A DNA stretch of 64,000 nt from positions 42,408,001-42,472,000 of the forward strand of contig NC_042998.1 of NCBI RefSeq assembly GCF_006345805.1, read 5' to 3'. This document shows positions 53,445 to 64,000 of this stretch, piece after piece (the stretch's first letter is position 1; each line of letters begins with the position of its first letter). The translations under genes and the position numbers were made by a program. A model generated the notes under the pieces. That model did not search any database. It saw nothing but the letters and a program-made list of their open reading frames with translations, and was not told the DNA's origin. This DNA comes from Octopus sinensis (taxonomy: Eukaryota).

Positions 53445-53760
53445 TCATCATCATCGTTTAACACCCACTTTCCATGCTAGCATGGGTTGGATGATTTGAT
53501 TGAAGACTGGCAAACTAGATGGCTGCACCAGGCTCCAATCTGATCTGGCAGAGTTTCTACAGCTAGATGCCCTTCCTAATGCCAATCACTCCGAGAGTGT
53601 AGTGGGTGCTTTTACGTGCCACTGGCACGAGGGCCAGTCAGGCAATGGCCATGCTCAAATTGTGTTTTTTATGTGTCACCTGCACGGGAGCCAGTCCAGC
53701 GGCACTGGCAATGACCTCGCTCGAATGTTTTTTCATGTGCCAGTAAGGCAACACGGGTAA
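53445..53760 (-). mobile_element. RTE-type 3' end
   Basis: Homologous to 9600-9918 in reverse orientation. Confidence 0.75.
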
Positions 53761-54593
53761 TGATCTTTCATGCGCTGATATATTATTATTTTATCATACC
53801 TTCCAAATTAATATTTCTGTATTTAGATGAATCATGATCATAATCATCATCATCATCATTTTAATGTCCACTTCTCAATGTATGCTTGGGTTGAACAGAA
53901 TTTGTTGAGGCAGATTTTCTACAGCTGTTTGCCCATCTTGTCACCAACCATCATGTTACCAAGTAAGGCTTTTTTTTTACCTTATGGTCTGACACATTTC
54001 CAGAGGAATTTGGCAAAATGAATGACACCACTTATATGATGGTGATGCACTTTTACAACTATCACACAATGTCAGGACAAGGAGATACAAATACTCCCCA
54101 CTACACACACACAGACACATAGACATATATACACACATATATCATCATTATCATCATCTTTCTTTAATTTTTGCTTTCCATGCTGGCATGAATTGGACGG
54201 TTTGACAAGAGCTAGGACCGGGCCAAGTCCCAATGTCTTAGTTGATATGGTTTCTATGGCTTGATGCCCATCCTAACACAACCACCACACAGAACATTTT
54301 GTAGTACCGGCACTAGTGGGATCGCCAACTAACTTACAAAACAGGACACCTTCAACTGAGGAGGTGTTGTATAGAGGGAGGTTAAAGAAACATGACAGGA
54401 CAGAAACAGGTATCTTGCTGTAGATGAAGGCTTAAACACAAACACACACAAATGTGAAGGACTTTTTTCAGTTTTCTGAATTTGGCAATACTAAACCTTA
54501 AGAGACAGGCTCTTGTTTGAGGCCTGTGAAACTTGAAGTCACACAGAACCAAATCAAATTGTTTTAAATAATATATATATATATATATATATA

Positions 54594-54962
54594 TTCTTTT
54601 ATTTGTTTCAGTCATTTGACTGTGGCCATGCTGGAGCACTACCTTTGGTCAAACAAATCGACCCCAGGACTCATTCTTTGTAAGACCAGTCTATAGGTCT
54701 CTTTTGCTGAACTGCTAAGTTGTGGGATGTATACACACCAGCATCAGTTGTCAGGTGATGGTGGGGGGACAAACACAGACACAGGCACACACACACATGA
54801 TGGGCTTTTCTCAGTTTCTGTCTACCAAATCCACTCACAAGGCTTTGTTTGGCCTGTGACTATAGTAGAAGACACTTCCCCAAGGTTCTATGCAGTGCAA
54901 CTGAACCTGGAACCATGTGGTTGGTAAGCAAACTACTTACCACATAGCCACGCCTGTGCCTA
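54594..54962 (-). mobile_element. SINE family 1
   Basis: Homologous to other copies. Confidence 0.85.
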
Positions 54963-55045
54963 TATATATATACACACACACACATATATCTATGTGATGT
55001 ACATATATACATATATACACACACATATATCTATGTGTATATATG

Positions 55046-55079
<34 letters not shown>

Positions 55080-55241
55080 TGCACATATGTGCATATCTTC
55101 CTGTGTGTATGTAAATGCATATACATAAATGCAATCATTGTACTCACACTATGTATGCCTTGACAAGGTTGCACATATACACACAAATGCATGCTTGAAA
55201 AATGGAGAATACATGTATGCATGTATCCATGTATGCATACA

Positions 55242-55275
<34 letters not shown>

Positions 55276-56016
55276 AATGCTTACATACATACATACATGC
55301 ATGCATGCATACATGCATAAATACATACATACATACATACATGCATGCATACATACATATGTACTTATGTACATAAATACATGCATACATATGTACATAA
55401 ATATACAGTTTCCCAGGCTTACACAGATATGCTCGTCGTGATAGTAACTGCTTATCTGAGGTATTATTTCCATATATTTGTCATCTGTTGATAATAGATG
55501 ATATGGAAGTGATTTCATTAGCTCATTATGTCAGCTTCAAACAGAAGAGTGACAAGTAACCTATTCGAGATGCTTATATGTGTTTGTGAAAGTACATGTG
55601 TGTGTGTACACATACACATGCACACACATGCACCCACCCACAACACACACACACACATGCATGCACACACTCAATTTCGTGATGGGAGCCAGTGCTGCTG
55701 CAGAAAAGAATTTTAGTATGCTGTTATATATATATATATATATATGTTTTTTAATAGAGAGTTAAACTGTGGACTTGAATTCATCTCATGACCTTTGGCT
55801 CTAATGCAACTTTTTTTGTACATGACATGCGTTTAAGTAGATAATTATATTCTGACCAAGACTAGTGTTGGTACTGCTGCACAAGTTAAAATGAAGAATA
55901 TTAAAAATAAAAATTTAAGAATATAAAAATTGCTTGCATCAGTAATATTTAAGAAGCACAACAAAATATAAAAGAAAAATCTTAATTTCCTTATTGTAAT
56001 GATAATTTTTTTTTAG

Positions 56017-56424
56017 CAGGAGTGGCTGTGTGGTAAGTAGCTTGCTTACCAACCACATGGTTCTGGGTTCATTCCCACTGCGTGGCACCTTGGGCAAGTG
56101 TCTTCTACTATAGTCTTGGGCCGAAAAAAAGCCTTGTGCATGGATTTTGGTAGATGGAACCTGAAAGAAGCCTGTCGTGTATAAATATATATATATGTCT
56201 GTGTGTGTGTGTGTATGTTTGTGTGTCTGTGTTTGTCCCCCCAACATCACTTGACATCCAATGGTGGTGTGTTTATGTACCTGTAACTTAGTAGTTCGGC
56301 AAAAGAGACTGGTAGAATAAGTACTAGGCTTCCAAAGAATACGTCCTGGGTTCGTTTGCTCGACTAAAGGTGGTGCTCCAGCATGGCCGCAGTCAAATGA
56401 CTGAAACAAGAAAAAGAGTAAGAG
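56017..56424 (+). mobile_element. SINE family 1
   Basis: Homologous to other copies. Confidence 0.9.
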
Positions 56425-56650
56425 AGAAGGAGGTAAGTTGGCAGAGTTGTTAGCATACCAGACAAAATACTTAGCAGCATTTCATCTGTCTTTACGTTGT
56501 GAGTTCAAATTCTGCTGAGGTTGACTTTGCCTTTCATCCTTTTGGGGTTGAGAAAATAAGCATCAGTTGAGCACTGGGGTCGATGTAATCGACTAGCCAT
56601 CTTCCCACAAAATTTCAGGCATTATGCCTATAGTAGAAAGGATTACATTA
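56425..56650 (+). mobile_element. SINE family 4
   Basis: B box gagttcaaattc followed by gaggttgactttgcctttcatcc; related fragments at about 7575-7660, 15990-16300 and 43945-44060. Confidence 0.7.
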
Positions 56651-58014
56651 AGGGAGAGAAGTCTGAGGGGTTTATAATGTTTTATTTTTATACATTCAGA
56701 GGCACCAGCACACACACAATATATATATATATATATATGTATATGTCGATGAAACAAGCCTTAGGATTCCTGAACAAGAGTAGAAGAGATATCTTTTCTA
56801 TGATTTCCCTAAACCTATTTCAGATTATTCCTATGATTATCTAGGTTTGTTCTTATACCTTAAATTTCTGAAAATGGATTAAAGACCTTGTAACTTTTGT
56901 GTGATATCATAGATTGAATAGATCTATGTCATATCCTGTGTCTTAAGAACAAACCTCCCGAGTATATTCAAGCAACCTCTCAAGTATATTTTCTCCAGTT
57001 TAACTCTGGGACATCTCATCCATTTTAATTACATATCCAATGCAGTATTCTCTTGTGATACTGCATTGTTCTTTCCTAGCATCGTGAATTATTTCAGGGG
57101 AGAGAACTTTGACATGTTTTATAAAATAACTTTCAAAGTACTTTCATATTTATTCATTTACAATTTGTTGAATAAAATCTTATCATAAGGAAAGGAAAAT
57201 ATTATTTAAAAGTACATTTGTGTTCAGATTTAATTACATTTCAGAAATAAGCAAAAAATCTGATTTCAGTGTATACATGTCCTGGATGACTTGTTTTTAT
57301 GAAGACATGATTAACCAGACTATTAATCATAGTATAAAATGAAGTTTCCTGGTTCAAATTTAATTTGTTACTATGCGAACATCCAGGAGTAAAACACTTG
57401 ATATAAATATCAAAAGACTTTCCTCTCTAAAAATGAAAAAAATTGTTTGAAAAATATTATAATCTTGCCTAGTTTCAAATTAAAAAAAGAAATATGATTA
57501 AATAAAAGATAATTTTGTTTCTAGTTTTGCTCTGTTTTACTAAAAAAATTCAAGTGAAAATAATACTCTGCTGGACTATTCACAGCTTCTTACCCCAGCC
57601 AGAGAATCATCTATGAAAGTGAAAAGAATTAGTTGTCAGGATCAAAACAGATTTCAGAAGTTACATAAAAAGTTGTATAGGTATTGTAGAATTATTTTAT
57701 GTAGCTCACCAATACTTTTATTAGGCCACATTTCTGCTCCCACAACTACTGGGTGTTACAACACACAGACATCCTAAATGGGATCCTCAAAACAGCCAAC
57801 TAACTGAACATCTATAGTTAGTTCACAGCAATTCTGATGGTGAGAATGATAAGGAAATGTCTTGAACTGAAGACAAATAACTTTTGTGCATCAGTTTTTG
57901 GCAATGTTTACAGCATTTTCTAATATACATCATTGAAAGGTATAAGCATACATATATGAATGAGTGTTTGCACGTGTACACACACACATACACACACGTG
58001 TATATATGTATATA

Positions 58015-58404
58015 GGTGCAGGAGTGGCTGTGTGGTAAGTAGCTTGCTTACCAACCACATGGTTCCAAGTTCATTCCTACTGCATGGCACTTTGGGTAAG
58101 TGTCTTCTACTATAGCCTTGTGAGTAAATTTGGTAGACGGAAACTGAAAGAAGCCTGTCATATATATAAATATATATATATGTATGTGTGTGTATATGTT
58201 TGGGTGTCTATGTTTGTCCCCGCAACATCGCTTGACAAACGATGGTGGTGTATTTACGTCCCCATAACTCAGTGGTTCGGCAAAAGAGACCACTAGAATA
58301 AGTACTAGGTTTCCAAAGAATAAGACCTGTGGTCAATTTGCTCAGCTAAAGGTGGTGCTCCAGCATGGCCATAGTCAAATGACTGAAACAAGTAAAAGAG
58401 TAAA
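58015..58404 (+). mobile_element. SINE family 1
   Basis: Homologous to other copies. Confidence 0.9.
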
Positions 58405-59050
58405 ACACACACACACACACACACATACACACACACACACACACACACATACACACATACATACATACATACATACATACCAGCTTACAAGTTCAGGTTT
58501 ATACATGTAATTATTGGGGCACTGGGATATGTAACACACTACCTAAGTACCAATCTTGAAAAATTAGGCTTCTCAAAACCAAAAAAAAAAGAGAAAGCTG
58601 ATTTGAAGACTACAGATCCAAGCCATCACTGGAACTGTAAAAATTTGTAAAACTTTCCAAAAGTTTATCATTTAAGTTAATCATGATCATATCTAGACAT
58701 GCAGCTTTATACATGAGAAATTTTGCTTTCAGTATAGAACACATATTGCTAGATTTGTACCATCCCCTTTCAGACTCAGCTACACTCTAGCTGAAAAATA
58801 TAGAATACCTCATGAGTAATATAAACATTCTAAATTCAGTGGCAGCATTAATGAAGTCGTTATACATTAATTTAATGTGTTAAACTTATCTTTATTAATA
58901 TATATCGAATTATTCATTACAAGATTTACAGAGATATAAGAGTTAGAACTTGTGATCTGCCTGTGGACCTTTTCCTTTGGAAATTTTTGCCCACCACAGT
59001 AAAATGCTTCCCCACCCCTGATCTATACACACACACAGAATTTATATATA

Positions 59051-59900
59051 CAGGGTGCGATGGGTAAATTGCTGCCATTTTATATTTTTAATTTTGTGCA
59101 TGTGCATTGTTATTTTTGATTTTGTTGACTACACAGTATAGTAGGGTCAGTTGTGAGAAAAACAACACCATGATGCAATTCACTCTGCTAGAAATTTGGA
59201 AATGACATGGTGTACTGCTTGACATTTGCACCAGGAGCTCCAATATGAACATTTTAGAGTATTTGGGTGTCAATATGAAGAGAGTGCATGTACCGAGAGT
59301 GATAAAAATCAAACATCCAGTCATCATGATATTTGGAGTGATCACTAGTGATGGTGACGTTATGTCCCCAGTCATTATCCGACATGGCCTCAGACTCAAC
59401 ATGGAGCACTACATCAAGTGCTTGGAGGAGACAGTGGTGCCCTAGGTCAAGAGGGTGCCTGCTGGAAGACCCTATGTCTGGCAACAGGACTCTGCATTAT
59501 GCCACACAAACAGAACCCAGTCATGGCTGTCAGATAATTTCTGTGACCACATCACCCCTAGCCAGTTAACTCCCCAGACTGCAACCCACTTGATTATTAT
59601 GTGTGGGGTGCAGTTGAGCAAGAGATCAACAAAACTTGTAACACCAAAGATGAACTGAAGGCAAGGATTATGGTAGTATTCACTAACTTAAAAACAAGAA
59701 GGCCGTGCAGAAGAGTTACAGGAGATTCTGAAGTCATCTGGAGGGTGTGGTTGAAGCGGATGGCAATTTTATTCAAAACAATTTACTCTTTAGTATTTCA
59801 AGATATTTTAATGTAATTTTGGTAAATATATCTGTTAAAATGAGATGTCAGTGTTATTTTTATTTTTGCGTAAATTAGACAATATATTCACTGAGCCTTG
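59051..59900 (+). mobile_element. Tc1/mariner (probably DD37D/maT-like) internally deleted transposon
   Basis: TA + TIR cagggtgcgatgggtaaattg; transposase remnants KHPV.IFGVITSDG, VWQQDSA.CHT, YYVWG; an imperfect right TIR ends at about 59900. Confidence 0.85.
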
Positions 59901-60014
59901 TGTATATATATATAATATATATATATATATAGACATATACATATATACATATCTATGTATGTGTGTATATATATATTATATATATATAGACATAAACATA
60001 TATACATATCTATG

Positions 60015-60056
<42 letters not shown>

Positions 60057-60057
<1 letters not shown>

Positions 60058-60301
60058 TTTATTTAAAGCAGCAGAAAATTCAACAAAACCTGTTGCTCTG
60101 AGTTTCACGTTGCCATTCGTTGGACAGTTTTTGCTAGAATATGAGCAAAAACTAGCAAAAACTGTCCAACGAACGGCAACGTGAAACTCAGAGTAAAAGG
60201 TTTTGTTGAATTTTCTGCTGCTTTAAATAAAGCATATTACTCTACCACTGGTATTTGAGTACTCTTTTTTCCACCTTGTTTCACATTTATGTGTTTACTC
60301 C

Positions 60302-60302
<1 letters not shown>
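60057..60302. mobile_element. Penelope-type foldback element; arms 60057-60137 and 60152-60232
   Basis: 81-bp arms, a 14-nt spacer and 3 mismatches; (TA)n on both sides. Each arm carries a hammerhead-like motif with core CCAACGA. Confidence 0.85.
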
Positions 60303-60345
<43 letters not shown>

Positions 60346-60665
60346 TATATATTATATATTATACATACATACATACATACATACATACATACATACAAAG
60401 TAAACTCATGGCATTTAAAATTCATGACAGTTGTTTCAGTAGAATTTTATTCATTTAATGCTGTCAAAAAATATCACACCATAATATACAATCCTCCATC
60501 ATGAGATAAACTTTTGAACAGGTGAAATTTTAAACAGGTAAGATATTAAACAGGTAAGATTTTAAGCTGTCATAAATTTTAAATGTCATTTATGTTTACT
60601 TTTTATACCTCAACATCAAGAATGTTGTAAAGCTACAGAGCTCCATCAGATCACAGTTATGTAGG

Positions 60666-61260
60666 ATGTACTCCTTCAAGACTACTACATGCACCAATGA
60701 GAACTACATGGTATGTAAGATTAACCCAGGCATTAACTGTAGAACTAGAAATGTAATCAACAACATAAGGGGCATAGAGGGTGCTTGTAAAAACAAAAAC
60801 ATGACATACACTGGTGAGACATCTAGAAGCATTGTGGAAAAATTAAATAAACATGTGAGACAATACGATGACAAAAAATCGTCCTCCATACTCTACCAAC
60901 ATGCCAAAGACCTGCATGGAGGCACACTGGGCTGACTTGACATCCGCATTTTATCCAAGCACCTGAAGGATCCATCACTCAGACAAATACAGGACTATGT
61001 CCTCATAAATGAAACATCACCCATACTAAACAGGAAATACATGTAGAAGGTAGTGATATCCCAATATCCATAGTGTATACATATACAGGCAGGTTTGTTA
61101 GTAGACTGTTATGCAGGCAACTTTTTTCCTTCCCCCTTCTTCGTTCCTTTTTCTCTCTCTTCCTTTCTTTCGTTTTTTCTCTAAATGATACTGATACAAC
61201 TTTACGTCCCCCTTACTTAAGCTTTACTCCGTAAATGAGAAACGCTACATCGATGATTTT
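60666..61260 (+). mobile_element. Penelope-like 3' remnant with GIY-YIG endonuclease
   Basis: NCRTRNVI..I...C....YTGETSRSIVEKLNKH..SILYQHAKDLH matches the Penelope GIY-YIG pattern, followed by pLTR-like sequence. Confidence 0.8.
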
Positions 61261-61704
61261 AACTTGCGTGTGAGATAGATTGCGTACATATATGTATGCA
61301 TGCATTTGTGTGTATATTTTAGATTTATATTTATACGTCTGTATATGTATGGCGTTTGCACGCATCCTTCTGTGTATGTTGATATATATATGTACACTTT
61401 AATATGAATATGTATTGCAGTGTAATATTTATAATAAGTTTTAATTTCTATGCATTAATTATATTTTCTTCATTAACGCCAATATGTATTTTATTCAATG
61501 TAAGGTTTTTTCCTCGAATTTTATAATTTTTATAATTTTTTTATATATATATATATACATATATTTTTGAGCTCATTTTTTGTTTATCGCTCAAAGATTG
61601 ACTGTTATTTCTAAAGGGCCAATCAAACAAGTCCATTTTTTTAAAGGTGTAGCGTTTGTAAGAGTCTGGATTGAATTGATATATCGGTTCCATTCTAGCA
61701 AAAA

Positions 61705-61742
61705 CTGTCTGATGAACGGCAACGAGAAACTCAGAGTAACAG
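61705..61742 (+). ncRNA. Minimal type I hammerhead motif
   Basis: ctgt-CTGATGA-acg gcaa cga-GAAA-ctc a gag-TA-acag. Same family as the 60.1 kb foldback; the stem II closing pair is mismatched. Confidence 0.7.
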
Positions 61743-61868
61743 ATTTTGTTGAATTTTCTGCTGCTTTAAATAAAGTATATATATATATATATCTATATAG
61801 ATAGGTAGGTAAATAGATATGTAAGTAGATAGGCAAGTAGATAGGCACATAGGTAATATGAACAGACA

Positions 61869-61906
<38 letters not shown>

Positions 61907-62270
61907 GGAGACGGAAACACATGACCATTTACACACATGCACACTCCACACACACACACTCTCTCTCTTACACATACACACACACACAGACACATATAGA
62001 GACACATCCATTCATAACAGATGCATGTACATAGTCACAAAAACCTATACACATAGACACACTCAAATAAGCATACAGAAGGAGACAGAGGTACACAAAT
62101 ACACACACACATACATACAAACACACAAACATATGAATATACAGAATACACACTTACAAACGTACACACATGCATACATATATATATGAGCATACACACA
62201 TAAACACACATACGCACATACATACATACATACATACATACATGCATACATACATACATACATATATACA

Positions 62271-62606
62271 TAAAGACCCCCTTCGGTCATGAATGACCAT
62301 GGGATTGCATCTAGAAAGTTACCCTCCTAGACACAAGTCCGGGCAAGGTTGTTTATGGAAGACCAGCAGTCGCCCATGCATACCGGCCTCCCCTCTCCAC
62401 GTCACCGGTGTTGTCCAAGGGAAAGGCAAAGGGGCCGATACAGCTTGACACCAGTGACGTCGCAGCTCATTTCTACAGCTGAGTGAACTGGAGCAATGTG
62501 AAATAAAGTGTCTTGCTCAAGAACACAACACGCAGCCCGGTCCGGGATTCGAGCTCACAACCTCACGATCGTAAGCTCGACGCTCTAACCACTGAGCCAT
62601 GCGCCT
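62271..62606 (-). mobile_element. SINE family 2 (tRNA head + CORE-like domain), CpG-rich young copy
   Basis: A box tggctcagtgg and B box-like gagctcgaatccc. Older copies lie at about 52372-52650 and 18368-18575. Confidence 0.85.
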
Positions 62607-63338
62607 ATATATACATACATATATGTATACACATGCATGCTGATGCACTCACATGTGCACAGACTAAAAACAAAAAGAACGCAGCTCCGATAATGGACAG
62701 AATCAACAACTACTGAAGAGGTTGCAAGAAGCAACAAAACTTTTATAAAAACAAAAATAAGTGGAAATCGAACTGGTGTGTTAATAAGGAATTAAAACAG
62801 AATGACCCTCCACAGACACAACAATATATACATATGTATGTATATAAATATGTGTGTGTGTATAGTTTAAATTTATAGAAAAGCAAAAGATGAAGACAGG
62901 TGTAGGAATAACAAGCAAGTGTATTAGTTTGATGCTTAGGAAAATAGTAATTCTTTTGTTTCAAGCCTACGCTTTTCAACAGAAAGGAATAAGAAGAAAT
63001 AGAGAGAGAAGAAAAAAAACGTCATATGTATATACATATATGTGTATGTATGTATATATATATATATATATTTATTTATTTATTTATATATATATTTATT
63101 TATGCACCCTTTTCAAGTCTAACCAGGCTCATGAGCCCAGTTTCCCGGTTTCTATGGTGTATGTGTTCCCCCCCAAGAAACAGGAAGAAAGAGTGAGAGA
63201 AAGTTGAGGCAAAAGAGTACAACAGGGGTTGCCACCAACCCCTGCCGGAGCCTCGTGAAGCTTTAGGTGTTTTTGCTCAATAAACACATACAATGCCCGG
63301 TCTGGGAATCAAAACTGCGATCCTCCGACCACGATCCT

Positions 63339-63394
<56 letters not shown>

Positions 63395-64000
63395 GCATGT
63401 GTGTGTGTATATATATATAATACACACATATACACACACACACATATATAAATGTATATATACGACATGCCAACAAAGTCATAAACCAGATCCATCCTCA
63501 AAAATATATTCATTGACTTACCTGAAATGGTACTGAATCAAAAAAGATTGCCATAAACCAAGTAAGAGTTATAGTGGATAGTTCTATATCAGTCCTTTCT
63601 AGGTGCTCTGCTAGATTAGGCAGCATATTTTTGACTAAGTCTTTCAGGATAAATTGATCCGCTTGTGCACCAATTAGGTTATTATCAAAGTAATGCTGAG
63701 GGAAGTAAAATTCTGTAATGGCAACCAGAGCCCTACATCAGTAAAAAATAAAAGATAATTTGTTTTAGTATTAACAAAATTATGTTAGTAATGTTTAGTA
63801 AATAACAAAATTATGGGATAATCAGAGGAATATTTCGGCTTCACAGCATGTAAAGAAAATAGATTAGTTGGACAATTTTCACTTAATATATGAATTCGTT
63901 TCCTTGTCATTTTTTTTTTAAGTATATCATTTATTATTTTGCTTAAGTATTTAATCTCAGTTACTTATTTATCTACTCATAAGGAAATTTAATTAATCAT

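Noticed and set aside
57586-57680. Possible exon LLTPARESSMKVKRISCQDQNRFQKLHKKLYR with AG/GT ends
   Set aside because: Short, with a weak pyrimidine tract, no recognisable homology and no partner exons.
62535-62606. tRNA gene (also about 19995-20068)
   Set aside because: The tRNA-like head continues into a multi-copy SINE body.
62708-62760. CTGAAGA + gttgc/gcaac stem
   Set aside because: AAAA instead of GAAA, and stems I and III do not form.

Overview
AT-rich, microsatellite-dense eukaryotic DNA. The repeat landscape (tRNA-headed SINEs with internal microsatellites, RTE tails, Penelope remnants) looks like an octopus or other coleoid genome; the taxon is my inference. One host gene is supported: a + strand coiled-coil plus fibrinogen-C protein resembling Scabrous, with exons 41346-42769 and 46058-46689. 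Its 5' exon(s) were not identified. The rest is mobile DNA: a full-length but mutated R4/Dong LINE (34534-38582, -) in a chain of (TAA)n-targeted insertions, an older R4 remnant in the gene's intron, Penelope RT and GIY-YIG remnants, two Tc1/mariner deletion derivatives, six TTAA MITEs, many SINEs, RTE fragments and a near-identical 1.35 kb tandem duplication. The strongest lead is a set of short Penelope-type foldback elements in (TA)n tracts carrying minimal type I hammerhead ribozyme motifs: two intact head-to-head copies in a 168-bp-arm palindrome just downstream of the gene, and core variants (CCGACGA-like versus CTGATGA-like) recurring in two separate families. Most short ORFs in the track are microsatellite artefacts. 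All assignments are by eye, and repeat boundaries are approximate unless termini are quoted.
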